In this document: positions 43,701 to 55,295 of the stretch, one piece after another | Position numbering within the stretch: the stretch's first letter is position 1 | Layout of the letters: the number at the start of each line of letters is the position of its first letter | Source of the DNA: Ruditapes philippinarum | Taxonomy: Eukaryota | Reading direction: 5' to 3' | Length of the DNA stretch: 64,000 nt | Assembly: GCF_026571515.1 (NCBI RefSeq) | Contig: NW_026857826.1 | Coordinates: 62,001 to 126,000, forward strand | Notes under the pieces: model-generated | What the model was told of the DNA's origin: nothing | Seen by the model: the letters and a program-made list of their open reading frames with translations, nothing else | Databases searched by the model: none | Position numbers and translations under genes: made by a program

Positions 43701-44037
43701 CTACGTCTGGTGTAACGTTTTTGAAAGAAAACATTTAATTTCAACTAAAAATACAAAAAGAAACTTAAAAAATAAGATGTAATTTGTAGGTATCTCTTAG
43801 ATGTTAAATAGATCTGAAACGTTTAAAATCTATTTTTATTCAGTTTTATCAAAACATTTACATTAAGAGTGTTATACATCTATATCTTTTGTATCTACGT
43901 ACTCATTTATATTTTCAGTGAACAAAAGAGCAACACTTAATCAACTTTTAAGACGCCTTATTGCCTTATATGGAAACAATGACATAGCATTCTCTGGCAG
44001 ATCATCTCATGTGCGATTTGGCGCAGGAGGCCGATGA
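34651..44037 (+). CDS. Spliced gene for a putative neuropeptide/peptide-hormone precursor, 114 aa, join(34651..34783,43400..43492,43919..44037)
   Basis: Exons of 133+93+119 = 345 nt joined at canonical GT-AG sites (both phase 1) give one open frame: MNIISIVFSMLACVYSVTMYPLDNLPLYQEEMLETDYPEVLYDPEVILPYTSYPSPVIVYPELSLSKRQDTRNVNVNKRATLNQLLRRLIALYGNNDIAFSGRSSHVRFGAGGR*. Hydrophobic N-terminus, two KR convertase sites, terminal GR amidation signal, downstream AATAAA. Confidence 0.85.
34790..34863. repeat. Imperfect (AAT)n microsatellite at the start of intron 1
   Basis: aataataataataatgatatttataatcataatagtaatc...; source of the spurious poly-Ile tail of ORF 34651..34875. Confidence 0.85.
35813..36185 (+). 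repeat. Diverged tandem dimer, ~188-bp unit
   Basis: tcaatattgatatttgtaa...tatcaatgataattgtaa occurs at 35821-35995 and again at 36010-36180. Confidence 0.85.
36297..37189 (+). repeat. Dispersed ~0.9-kb repeat, copy 1 (in intron 1; partner 63120-64000)
   Basis: Continuous alignment at ~85-90% from agaagatctgat to tatacacggcatctaataa. Confidence 0.92.
38294..38340 (+). mobile_element. 5'-truncated SINE/LINE tail
   Basis: tactgttgggaaaaggcgtaaaatgaaacaaacaaacaaac is nearly identical to the 3' end of the SINE at 58080-58123. Confidence 0.75.
38990..39140 (+). mobile_element. Decayed CORE-type SINE
   Basis: A-box-like TGGCTGAGCGG followed by a CORE-domain-like tccttgagcaaga...ctaattgctcagtactggatggttccag. 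Confidence 0.6.
43400..43492 (+). CDS. Coding exon 2 (Pro/Tyr-rich spacer, first KR site)
   Basis: Acceptor TCGTTTCAG| at 43399, donor ACG|GTAAGT at 43492/43493; 93 nt, phase 1-1; reads (E)VILPYTSYPSPVIVYPELSLSKRQDTRNVN and continues the YPE/YDP-type composition of exon 1. Confidence 0.85.
43919..44037 (+). CDS. Coding exon 3 (second KR site and predicted mature amidated peptide)
   Basis: Acceptor ATATTTTCAG| at 43918; reads (V)NKRATLNQLLRRLIALYGNNDIAFSGRSSHVRFGAGGR then TGA at 44035-44037; locally raised GC. Confidence 0.88.
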
Positions 44038-44396
44038 CACCATTCGTTGCTAAGCAATGCAACACATTTTAGAATGTGATATCAAAAGCACGCCTTTCGA
44101 ACATGATCAAGTTCTTGTGAGAAAAAAGAATCTTATTTCATTCATTTCTGTTTCATTGTGACAGACATAATGAGAGTATGGGCACGTATTAAGTTAGGTT
44201 ATACGTTCATCACAGAAATTTGTTTTAAAAGTGTAAAATTAAGTACTGAAAGTCATGAAACTGTATCTTTTTATCAAATACAGGGACACTCACCATTTCT
44301 ATCTAATCTTGTTCATTCTAAAGTATTTGTATCGTGCAAAGCTCTTTGTAAGTATTGAGATGTAAGTGTTGATATTTTATTGTTTTGAAATGTTTG

Positions 44397-44452
44397 AATA
44401 AAATGTAGAGTCAAAGAGAGTCACCACATCGTGTTATTTTTATTTTGTCTTT
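44397..44452 (+). terminator. Probable polyadenylation signal of the precursor gene
   Basis: AATAAA at 44397-44402, about 360 nt after the stop, followed ~30 nt later by a GT/T-rich element (gtgttattttttattttgtcttt). Confidence 0.55.
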
Positions 44453-44601
44453 AAAGTCAGGGGTTAAACAGAAATAAATAATAAGACCCTGCTAAAATAG
44501 GGCATCCAAAAGGACCCATTCTGGTTTGAATAAGATAATTGTGTTCAATTTTATTAATGTGTCGTATGGTCCTTTTCAAATGTAGGAATGGTCTGTTTAT
44601 G

Positions 44602-44864
44602 CCTGTAAGGACATAAAACATACGCCTTGATAAATAAATAAACAAGATAAACAATTTCTGGCGCAAACCAAGAGAAATATTTATACCAAAGTGCATAAAT
44701 ACAGTTCCGAAATACATAAACGATCAATGGAAATATGCATGATAATGAAACATAATGAATAACAACAATTACCTGTAAGGACATAAAACATACGCCTTGA
44801 TAAATAAATAAACAAGATAAACAATTTCTGGCGCAAACCAAGAGAAATATTTATACCAAAGTGC
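44602..44864 (+). repeat. Exact ~93-bp direct repeat, period 170 bp
   Basis: cctgtaaggacataaaacatacgcc...atttataccaaagtgc at 44602-44694 and 44772-44864. Confidence 0.92.
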
Positions 44865-46940
44865 GCATGCGTGAGGTGGATTTTCCGGGAAGTTTGTAAA
44901 AACTGAGGCCCGGCATGCAAATTATGTCAAATGAAATATGAGAAATTAGTTGTTGTAATGAGATGATGAAATGGAATGATATAGGAATGATATGGGATAA
45001 TGGATTGTATATCGGACTGTAAACAGACAAATACAAAAGATATATATACAAATACAAGGACAAAATGATACATAAAAACGATATTCAAAAACACGAATAT
45101 CGACCACATGACAAATGTATCAACAGATTATGTTTACAAAACATGATAAGACTGAACACAAATAATTAGAATGTTTGATGTTGTGTCTTTTAAAATTTGT
45201 ATTATTTCCCAAAACAATATTCATGACACTGAAATAAGATATAAAAAATATAATTCACATTATTTAAACAATAAATATGCAAATTACTTTCAATCAAACC
45301 AAGTTTGCAATTTTCATGTTGTTGTTTTCAATGCTCATGTGAGATTTTCCCCTATTTCAGATTTTTATATGCATAATCTTCGTATGCCATTTAAACTCCT
45401 TCTATTGTATTCAAAATACGATATATTTTTTCAAACGAAGAAGCATCCGTCTAGTTTAAGTGAAGCCAAATCTTCAAAGACATAATAGAAATTCTCTTAA
45501 GACCTATCATGAGAAAACAGTTTTTAAAAGACAGATTACCGGAGAGGAAACAGGACTAAAATATGTATGCACTTGGTTTTTTAAATTGCCACTGTTCATA
45601 ATTGACAATATAAAAACTTATATGCAGATAGATGATGAAGTTTGGTTACGAACATAAAAGAGAAAAGTATTCCGAATGTATTTTCATATTTTCTGGGGCC
45701 AGAGAGTCACGTCAGAATAGTATAATTTTTTATTATATATTTTATATAGATATGTAACATTTAAAGATTTTGTCCATATTCCATGCCTAAGTTTTGTCTT
45801 GCGGGTATATAGAGAGAACACATACAGAAACATAATTGTGACATTAGTAATACCTTTGCTCTTTACCAAAGCGACTTAATACTCGCGAAATTTGCAGTCA
45901 CTATGTTTACGTGAAAGTTTGTTTTCGTGCAAAAACAATCCTTATGAAAAACGCGAACTATTGTTCCGCAAAGTTTCTAGGAATACAGTATTTCAGGTAG
46001 ATTTTAAACATAATCATAAAGAACACGCGACGTCAATATAAAGTAACAGAAATTTTAATTGTGAATTGTCAGGAAATACATATCGTTTGGGCGGCGACAA
46101 ACAATGTTCAAACATTTTTATAGCGACCTTTCCCTTTTAGTTTAGACTCTGAGTTCAAATGGACAGTAACTGGATTTTTTCCAACTCAATGTTATATATA
46201 AAGTGGACCTCTTAAATAAGCTTAAGGTTGGCCTTGATCTAAGTGTTCTTCGAAGAGAGTTGGAAGTGGGTATTAAGGAGGCTGCATATATATTTTGTTC
46301 ATCCATATATCTGAGGTTATATGTAATGTGTATAAGGACTGGGGAAGATAAAAAGATTATATATGATTAATGTTACGACATAAAAAAAAGATTCATGATT
46401 ATTTCTCCTGTTTTTTTTTTAAATTATTCCCACCCAAGTACGTTTACTTTTGCTGCTTCCTTTTGAACAGATTCTATCTTTATTTCTTCTTCAGTAAGGA
46501 TCACATACAACTTGAGCATTTTCAAATACGAAACAAAAATACATTCTTTGAAAACATTTTCATTCGTTGGGGATTAATGTTTGTTGATTGCGTAGTTCAG
46601 GTCAACCACGAAATTAAGTCCCAAAGAACAAAATGTGCACAAGATTGATAAAGTGGTCTCTGTCAGTCAATAGAACTATAAAACGATGGGTGTGGTTCGC
46701 AATTGCCTTCATCCTTTGTTGACAAGTTGTGCGCGCAAGTACAGCGTCGTAAACACGTCTTGCTGTGTAGCTAAAGTAATTTGATGGTGCATCATCACAG
46801 GCGAAAGGTCGACGTTTTTACACATCTTCATAAAGTGTCTTTACACAACATTTATTTTTACAATTAATAGATGCGCAACAGATATAAATAAAATATAATT
46901 GAGAAAATGTAATTCAGAAGACGTACATGTATCATCCTAT

Positions 46941-47178
46941 TTGCCTTACAACACTGTAGGTTCGAGCCGCTCAAGTTTCGAAGTATTCTTCATGTGAGAA
47001 AGCTACCAAGCTAGCTTACGGAATGTCGTCGGTTCCACTCAGGTGCCCGTTTGTGTCTGAAAAAAAATGTACAGAGGGTCACATGAGGTCTTCCTCCTCC
47101 AGTAAAGTTCTGGAAAGGCGCTATATGATCTATAACGTGTTGGAGCGACATAAAACTCAACCAAAGAAATAAAATAAG
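46941..47178 (+). mobile_element. tRNA-derived SINE (Meta-SINE-like), 5' end eroded
   Basis: B-box GGTTCGAGCC (46959-46968); body ttcatgtgagaaagcta..cagctagcttacggaatgtcgtcggttccactcaggtgcccg...gaggtcttcctcc; A-rich tail. Confidence 0.75.
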
Positions 47179-48939
47179 ACACCTGTCAAAATAGATCTTT
47201 AAAACAGTGCAACATTTAAAAGAAGTTGTATTTCATACTTAAAATGTTTTGATTGTTTTTTGTAGCGTTCAGAAACTGCAAAATGAATTGTTGCGCTATT
47301 TAATATCAAGAACTTTTTTTCCTTAAAAAAATAGAAACTAACAAATGAGAACATGCTTGAAAAAAAAATCATTTTATAAAAACATGATTGGAACAAACCA
47401 ACATAACATACTTATTATAGGGTAAAGGACAGCGTACGTTAAAAAACATCATATTTTTTAAACTTATTTAACATTGGTTTGAACAGAACATAACTTCTCA
47501 ACTATGCTTCTTGCATCTGGTTTTAACTCGAAAGTAATGTTTTTAGAAATGACGTTAAATATATGTCATTGATCATTTAGAGCAAATTTAAATGAGACAA
47601 TCATGTTTTTATACTTCCTTCTGCATTAAATGAAATATTGGAAAGTAAATAAAGGAATAATGATAGTTGTGATTGTTTTCCTAGTCACGTTTTATAAATA
47701 CATTCGGTTAAATTTTCTCAAATCTTTACCGCAGCTGTTTTAACGATTGATAATGTCAACTTGAATTTAACATCAGGCAGTGTAGTTTAAAAGTACTGAA
47801 TAAATTTGCATAGTGTTGCTATTTATGACGCCTTGTATGTTGCAATCGGTACATTGACGTTAAATATAGAACCCGATACCAGAACACTTTATAATTGTTC
47901 CTCATGTATAATGTTAGGTTAGATTAAATAATTTTACAAACTTAAACTTTTCTCTTTTTTCATTCTATTTTTGTTGTTTTTTCTTTGTTTTGTCGTTTTT
48001 GCAATATTTACCACAATAAAAAGGCATTTCATCTAATTGGGCTCGGCGTATTTTCCCTATGTACATTATTAAGATATATTTCCTGCCAAGATCATATATC
48101 AACGCAAATATAATTTTTTTTATCAAATCAAAGGCATTAACCCTGAAAACCAATGTCGTTTGTGGATCAAGGTCAAAATAATCACACTATGCACAAGAAG
48201 ATGTATTAAAAACTCCAAATTTTATTATAACTAGTTCAATGATGTTTTTGAGTTTTTCTCTAGAAACTCATCAGCAACAATTTTCACCAACTATGTAATT
48301 TTTTACAATAACTGCAGTATGTTAGGTATGAGAAGGTACGCTCATCCCATAATGTTACCCGAGAGCGTGCAGCCAATCACCCTGACGTACGGAAAGCCTC
48401 AAACCAATACATCTCCCTTATAATATAATATCTTTTGCTGGCTGTGTAATTATACTATATTTAAATTGATACATAACTAGTTTTGCTTCTTTATTCGCAA
48501 GTTTATTAAATTTTATATAAAAATATTAACTTTGCTTATTTTTTGGAACCAAAAAGGGTTAATAAAGACCTGCCGACTTCCATGAAAGGTTTTCGAAAAT
48601 TTTAAAATGAGAATGAAAAAAATCAAAAAAAAATCAGCAATCAAATTGTCGGCATTACATGGGAATTACAAATACTGAAATTACAAATCTCGTCCAAGAA
48701 CTAATAACATTTCAGAAAAAAACGCTACGGAACTGAAAATAATGTTTTGCTAATTTTCTTTTTTCACTCATAACAATTGCACATAAACTTCCTTTTTAAT
48801 GGGAACCACAATCAAGATAATATCACATTAAATACTACGTGTCCAATGTGGTATAAACACATCTGACACATCTTCTTTTTAATTAAATTCCATTGTATTA
48901 TCCATTCCCGGTATATATTAAGTAAACATTTTACTTTTG

Positions 48940-49340
48940 AACTAGTGCTAGTGGATTATAAGACATAATCATTGAGCTGATAAAACAAACGAAACCTAGG
49001 TCGAGCCAGTATATGCTAAACAGAAGACTTTAAATATTTCCCTTTTTATGACTATATAAAAACATAAAATAAATCATTGCCATGTGTTTTAATAATTGCA
49101 TTAACTCCTTTTTGGACTTTTGATTCAGATGTTATATCTGTAGCTTGGTAAATCTCCTATGAACAGATTCATTAAATCGAGTCTGCAAATTTCTGTGTGT
49201 TTTTGATTTCATTGCTCCCAGGAGCTTTTCCAAAGTTATATTACATTCTTGTTAAACAGATCAAAATTATATTAAGCCTGAATTTCAATTCATTACCAAA
49301 CCCAGCTTAATTATGTTCTTCGCTTACAGCCCACATCTCC
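48940..49340 (-). mobile_element. Very decayed non-LTR retrotransposon (LINE) ORF2 3' remnant
   Basis: Minus-strand fragments HRRFTKLQI, GNDLFYVFI and YWL occur in the order of the R..TK.R / GDEFH...C / YYW..P motifs at the C-terminus of RTE-X-like LINEs; many stops. Confidence 0.4.
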
Positions 49341-51892
49341 TTTCAACAAATACAACGATTAAAATATTGAAATTTCATTATGATGGTGTTGGTCAAGCGA
49401 AACTACGACTCCCACATTATTTCTGATTTAGGGTACTGAAGGTCAAATCAACACAGTTTTATTTCTAAGGTTCCTATTAAATATCATTTATATCATATAT
49501 AATACGTTTTACCGATATGATCATCAATGTATTCGTATGATAAATAAAAGAAATGATGTAAGAAGCAGTTAACAGAAATGTTTCACTAATTCCTCTGTAA
49601 AAATAATTTTTAGACTACTTTTCTTTAATTAAAGTTATAACAATCAAATTTTTTGATTATTTCAATGTAAATAAAACTTATTGTCAAGAAACATTTCAAT
49701 ATAATCAATGTTATTTAACTTTAATTTTAAGAGAATTTTTCTTTAAATGTTCACTATTTGCCATATACATTCATTTGTCCGGTAAATCGATGTCATCATA
49801 TGATCTATAATCTATTTGGAGACGAACTTTACAAGACTTGATATCTTTCGTTCTAATCCATTTCCACATTGTATATAGCTGAATGTTCATAATGTTTTGT
49901 GTATGTTCTGAAATAAGATAATTATGTTAAAATTATGCTCCTTTTCATTGGCCGCAATGGTATTTCGCTGATTCTGCTGATAAAAAGGCATGTGTCATTG
50001 ATCTACTACATGTACTTTACTATGCAGAAAAGAGATGCCAAAATAATTAAGTACATTTATTGTAAAATGCGAGAATGTTTTCATTACAGTTTTGTAACTT
50101 ATGTTACTAAAAGAAAAGCTATATGGAATTAAATATGCAAGTCATGCAGCTCTGAAATAAATAACATACACTGATTTGTTCCGCTAGTCTTTATTCGATA
50201 TATGAACAAGGCTCTTGATGTAATATGCGTTTATATATCGTAAGGCATTGATATCAAATAACTTCATTTGATATGGTGATATATTTGAATCTTAATAAAC
50301 ATAATGACGTTCAATTTCTTAAGAGAATGTTACAAACTTCAAATGAGAGCATTATTTGTATGATACTGACAGCGTTTCATTTCGTTTGATATTTTTCTCA
50401 CTTAAATTCTTTTCTGGTCTATAAAATGTGTCTAAAACTACTGTATTGATTTACATAAAAAAATACTTCAAAATGGCAAATGAGTGGAACAATGTAGCAT
50501 ATAACAAAAAATGATAATGATAAAAAAGAATAATAGTGTCATTGATTTACTGAATTCATCATTTTTTGTATTCAAAGAATTATAATGAAAGCAAAGCGAT
50601 ATCATAACAATATGGATGACAAAGTGTGTGGGTGGAATTTTCTGTCTGTCAATTTAATGAAAACTTACCCATAATAATAAAAGTCAACCATTATTCCTTT
50701 TTAAGAACATACTATGTCTCTGGTTCTACTTTAAATAAGTACGTACAGAAACTCTAAAGTAAGTTCACATATTTTATGAATATATATTGTGTTCGTACCA
50801 CTACCAAATATTAATATTATATCACAAGTTTCAATTAAATTTTCTTTGAAGTATTATACTTGTTTATATTACAACCTCTTGCGTGAGGTTGAAAATAGAT
50901 ATCTTACGTTCGGGCTTCTTGTTTCCATAACTACTCGTATAACTTGTGTTACTGTATACTAAAATGTCGGCTTCAGAATTATCAAGTTTATTTCCCTTCT
51001 TTGACTGATTAAAATCTAAATTTAAAATACTGCTATTATCATGAAACATTATACTACCGGATATTTCAGGAGCATAATCTGACGAAGTATTGAAAACTAT
51101 GTTAATTCAACGAAACCATTGTACCCACAAATAACTTCTACTTGAGATTGTCCAATAATTCTCTAAAATTAAATACGAAATTTCAGATGAATCATTCCTT
51201 TTTGCAAGATAATATGTTTTATATAGTCTTTAGCAACTCTCTAGTATTTTTTTAACTGTTCAATACTGTACCATAATTCTCCAGATTCTTATAGCATAGC
51301 ATATTCATCTCAAAACGGGAAATTTAAACTGACCTATTTTATTACTCATTTCCAAACGTTATAAAAGACAGTATATCAAATGCTGGCATGGTTGTGAAGG
51401 GTCAAATGAATGTCATTTGCTATCTGTAGGATACAGAATTGTGATTCTACTAGATCCCTAGTAGATCAAGATATATTCAACGAGACGACACAGTGCGACA
51501 ATCAGTTTTATTACCATGATATTCCAAAACAATGTTCTTATGCCTTATGTCGTATCCAAGCTTTGAGAAAACATCATATTCAAATGAATAATAGAAGGTT
51601 TAACCGCAAACTAAAGCAAGAAATAGATAGCTAAATACGTTTACTTTATATTTGTTTACCCTTCCTAGCTCTTATTTTTATTTACAATCAAGGCAGAGAC
51701 TTTAAATTACCATATTTTATTCACTTGGAAATTTTTATAAAGATAAATTTTATTATTCGGCTAACATATCGAAAACAGATATTATGCACAAACCTCTAAA
51801 TTTTAAAACGATATGTGCTGTAGTTTCAAATGATATCAAGTGTTATTTACTCCTTATATTCTGCAATGTTGAAAGGTTGGATATATTGGAGA

Positions 51893-51962
51893 TAATTATT
51901 ATTATTGTTATTGTTGTTGTTATTATTATTATTATAAATATTATTATTATTATTATTATTTA
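51893..51962. repeat. (ATT/GTT)n microsatellite
   Basis: attattattattgttattgttgttgttattattattatt... Confidence 0.9.
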
Positions 51963-52153
51963 ATTCTTTATGTTTTACCATGAAAATTTGTTTGAATTAA
52001 AAAACGTATACAAAAGGGACATTTTCTGAAAATGTCAAAAATCTATGATAAAATTTAACCATACATTGAATATGCATTTCAACAAAAAAAAATGTTACAA
52101 TTCTATTTAATCACAAATGATACAAAATGATACTACTTCAAAGCAAATGATTA

Positions 52154-52338
52154 TTAACCATTTCCGTGCTGAATTACAACGATTGGCCTTTGCCCAGCTA
52201 GCACATCTAAGTCGTCTACCATGGCTCTATAATGTTGGCTAACTAACTGTTTTCGTTTAGATATCCGCACATTTTTTACAGTTTCATAAATAGAAGCTGG
52301 ACGAGTCCACCAAAAGAATTCAGCATATAAATGCTGAA
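52154..52338. mobile_element. Decayed short TTAA-type MITE
   Basis: Begins TTAACCatttccgTGCTGAATT and ends AATTCAGCAtataaatgctgaa (imperfect TIRs); ~185 bp. Confidence 0.5.
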
Positions 52339-55062
52339 TTAATACAAATATGATGGAAACGTACTTGCAAAATAGTTTTTAGATATTTGCTGATTCATGA
52401 TAAAAGGCAATTTCTGTAGAATGCAAATAACGTGTCGTATTTAAAGCTACACTAAATTGAGAGAGCAATTTTATTTGTCAATCAAATCAATATGAATTTT
52501 GAGACATTTAGCTTTTGAAAGCAGACCTGTACATAACCCTGACAAAAAAGAACAGGTAAACTTATCCAAAACCCACGTTTTTTCACATGTGGCAAAATGT
52601 TAAACGCTTATGAAGATTAACGTTCACAATTTAACTGTGAAACAATTTTAACAAGTTGTGAAACAATTTTAACAAGTTGTCTACATCCGAGATGAATTCT
52701 ACCAATAACCACAAATGCTCTTAACTTCACATATTGAGTTTTATTTTAGTATTTGAATGGTGCCATTGATCTTTAAATCTGTCAATGTTAATGTATATTC
52801 ATTTCTAAAAAAATGTTTTCATACATTTTTAGTTTGGACAGCATAAGGGGAAAGAGGAAAGTTGAATCGTAATTTCCAGTAGAAAATGATTTAAAATTCA
52901 AGCTGCAACATTTTACATTTGACTCTATTTTGAAAGCTAAACGCGACTCAGTTTTCCTTTAATAATTTGTAAATTATATAAAATTATATGATTATATACC
53001 ATTAAGTTTATCAAAAGACTTAAAGGAACTCCAGAGAGGTCTACACGCTTAAAGAAATAGGATATTTAATTTTAACATAATTTAGTTCAGGCACTAATAA
53101 CAGAAAGAATAGGAAATATACTAGAAAAAAATTGAAAATCGTACTTTTTGTGCTATTCTTAGCCCGATTTGAGTAAATAGATATGCTACGATTTTTGTTT
53201 GGATCATTTTTCACAATTAGAATAATGCTTCTGGGAAAAACGAAGCGAATGCTCAGATAGTTTGCATAGAAGTTATTTGTCTAGACCTTCATCAATTGGA
53301 GCATTAATCTCAAAAAATATTTTCAGTTCCGTCATGTTGGAAAACTTCAGTGGAATCCATTCAACATAGCCTATGTCTTAGTGAATAGTGTTTCTGATGT
53401 TAACTGAAGCTTTCTTAAACAAATCAACATTAACAATAATTTGTATAACTACAGCAACGTTACAAATTCAGAGTCTTGACTTTCAAGACTCAAATTTGAG
53501 GAAGATATATGTAAGACCAATGTATGTTTTTGAAACTAATTCCCCAAGTACATGTATTAGGTCTCTGGTATGAAAAGATATATTCTTTTATCAAACGAAT
53601 GATAAAGCTAATATTGAATTGAAGCTGGCATTTTTTAAGAACAAAAATATTTTATAATTATTATAATGATATATTATCTGACCGTTTTATATGTGTTCGT
53701 TATACCCTAATAGCAATAAAATAAAATAAAGTAGCATAGCAATTTGATTTGTATGAAAACACTTTGTAACAGAGTATCAGTATTTTTTATTATTTCTGAG
53801 AGTAAATGTAGTCAATTTGCAGTGTACGATATCAAAGATCCTGTATGTTGTAATTAGAGTTGTTACCACACAAATATTATACAAGTATGACTTGTAATTA
53901 TGCTTCTAAAACAATTTTTGAACATCAAAGAATATGTAAAATATGTACTGCAGTTTTTGTCCACATTATATGTAGTCATTAAAATATATGCATTCATTTC
54001 TTATAGAAGAATTTGACTTAGACTTTAAAAAGAATAAATTCCTTATAACCTCCCTTTATTAACATGAAATTTAAATTCGGTAATATCTTTACAAATAATG
54101 CTTTTTGGAACTTACAATATTGATAAATCTTCATTTGAGCATTATATTTATGATATAAAATCATAAAATATTGAGCTACAGGATCTTTAAATATATCACA
54201 CTAATGGTAAAATATAATTTAATAACTAACCACGTTCTTTGCCATGTAGGGATTCACGACAGCAAAGGAACAACTTGATTAAACTATTTCGCCTACAAAC
54301 ATAGTTAATTGCAGGATTAGTATAACCGCCGACATAAAGACTAGATTCTAATGAGTTTCGATTTAAATTGAGTTTTAAAGGAAATCTTATTTGGACTAAA
54401 TTTTCATTAAAATATTCACAAACAAAATTAGAATTTAGTTTATTGTAACAAAAATTTAAATATTTGTGTTTTATATTCAGAGGGAAACAATTTCATTTAA
54501 ATTAACCCGGTGTTGTATATATTAAATGATAGATGAAACATCCTCAGAATATTTGTATGTTTGTTTCTTCGTTGCATAATCTTAATTTTACATGATTGTT
54601 GAAATATTATCATACAATACTTCATATTTTGAAATCTCGGGTTTTTGAGGAATTATATTATCATTATGCTTTAGTCTTAATACTCGTGCTCGTAAAGATC
54701 GGAAAACAGTTTCTATATGACATTTACAAATAATCCACTCATTCATGAAATTCTTAATAAAGTGTTCTTGCTACAGATATAAATCACGCGTTGTGGTATC
54801 ACAAAACTGATGCCTTCTGCTGGTCTTGTTATTTTGGGTCTTTTTATAGGTTTATTTTCTTTTTTTCTTTTTTCTAATGTGGGTTTTGGTTTTGAGGTTT
54901 GTTTGTGTGTTCTTTTTGTCTAAAGATTTTGTTGTTGGTTTGTATGTTGTTCTTTTTATTCTTGTTTTTGTCTTATTGCTGCTTCCGCGGCTGCCCACTG
55001 GTATATAATTTTCTAGGCACAAAATACATAACTTACATACCTTCTAGATGTTGAGAAAGTTT

Positions 55063-55295
55063 CTTTGTTTGTTTTGTTTTATTTCAAGTCATATCGACAC
55101 TGAAGAGGTCATACGGTGAAGGACGGTCTGTATGAAATGATAGTTGTTCAACTCGGGTGCCCTTTAGTTCCTGAAATTATATACACAGGAACACTTTAGT
55201 AGAATAACCGACAATCCGTAAGATAGCTGGAAAAACATTTTTGACGGGATTCAAACCCAAAGAAGCAAGGGCAAGTGATGTATAGTCGACGTTTA
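55063..55295 (-). mobile_element. tRNA-derived SINE, same family as 46941-47178
   Basis: The reverse complement shows B-box GGGTTTGAATCCC, body ccagctatcttacggattgtcggttattctact...ggcacccgag and an (AAAC)n tail. Confidence 0.7.

Noticed and set aside
48241-48280. Minus-strand CTGATGA plus hairpin resembling a hammerhead ribozyme core
   Set aside because: The required GAAA after stem II is missing and I found no stems I or III.
48137-48562. TTAACCC...GGGTTAA pair suggesting a piggyBac-like MITE
   Set aside because: Inverted similarity does not extend beyond about 8 bp.
50864-51400. Minus-strand protein-like text (SSILNLDFNQSKKG) resembling a LINE endonuclease end
   Set aside because: Flanking catalytic motifs are absent and the frames are broken; too weak to call.
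52634-52680. Short 21-bp tandem repeat (similar ones at ~11950-11987 and ~31380-31428)
   Set aside because: Two-copy slippage duplications without spacers; not CRISPR-like, and the DNA is eukaryotic.
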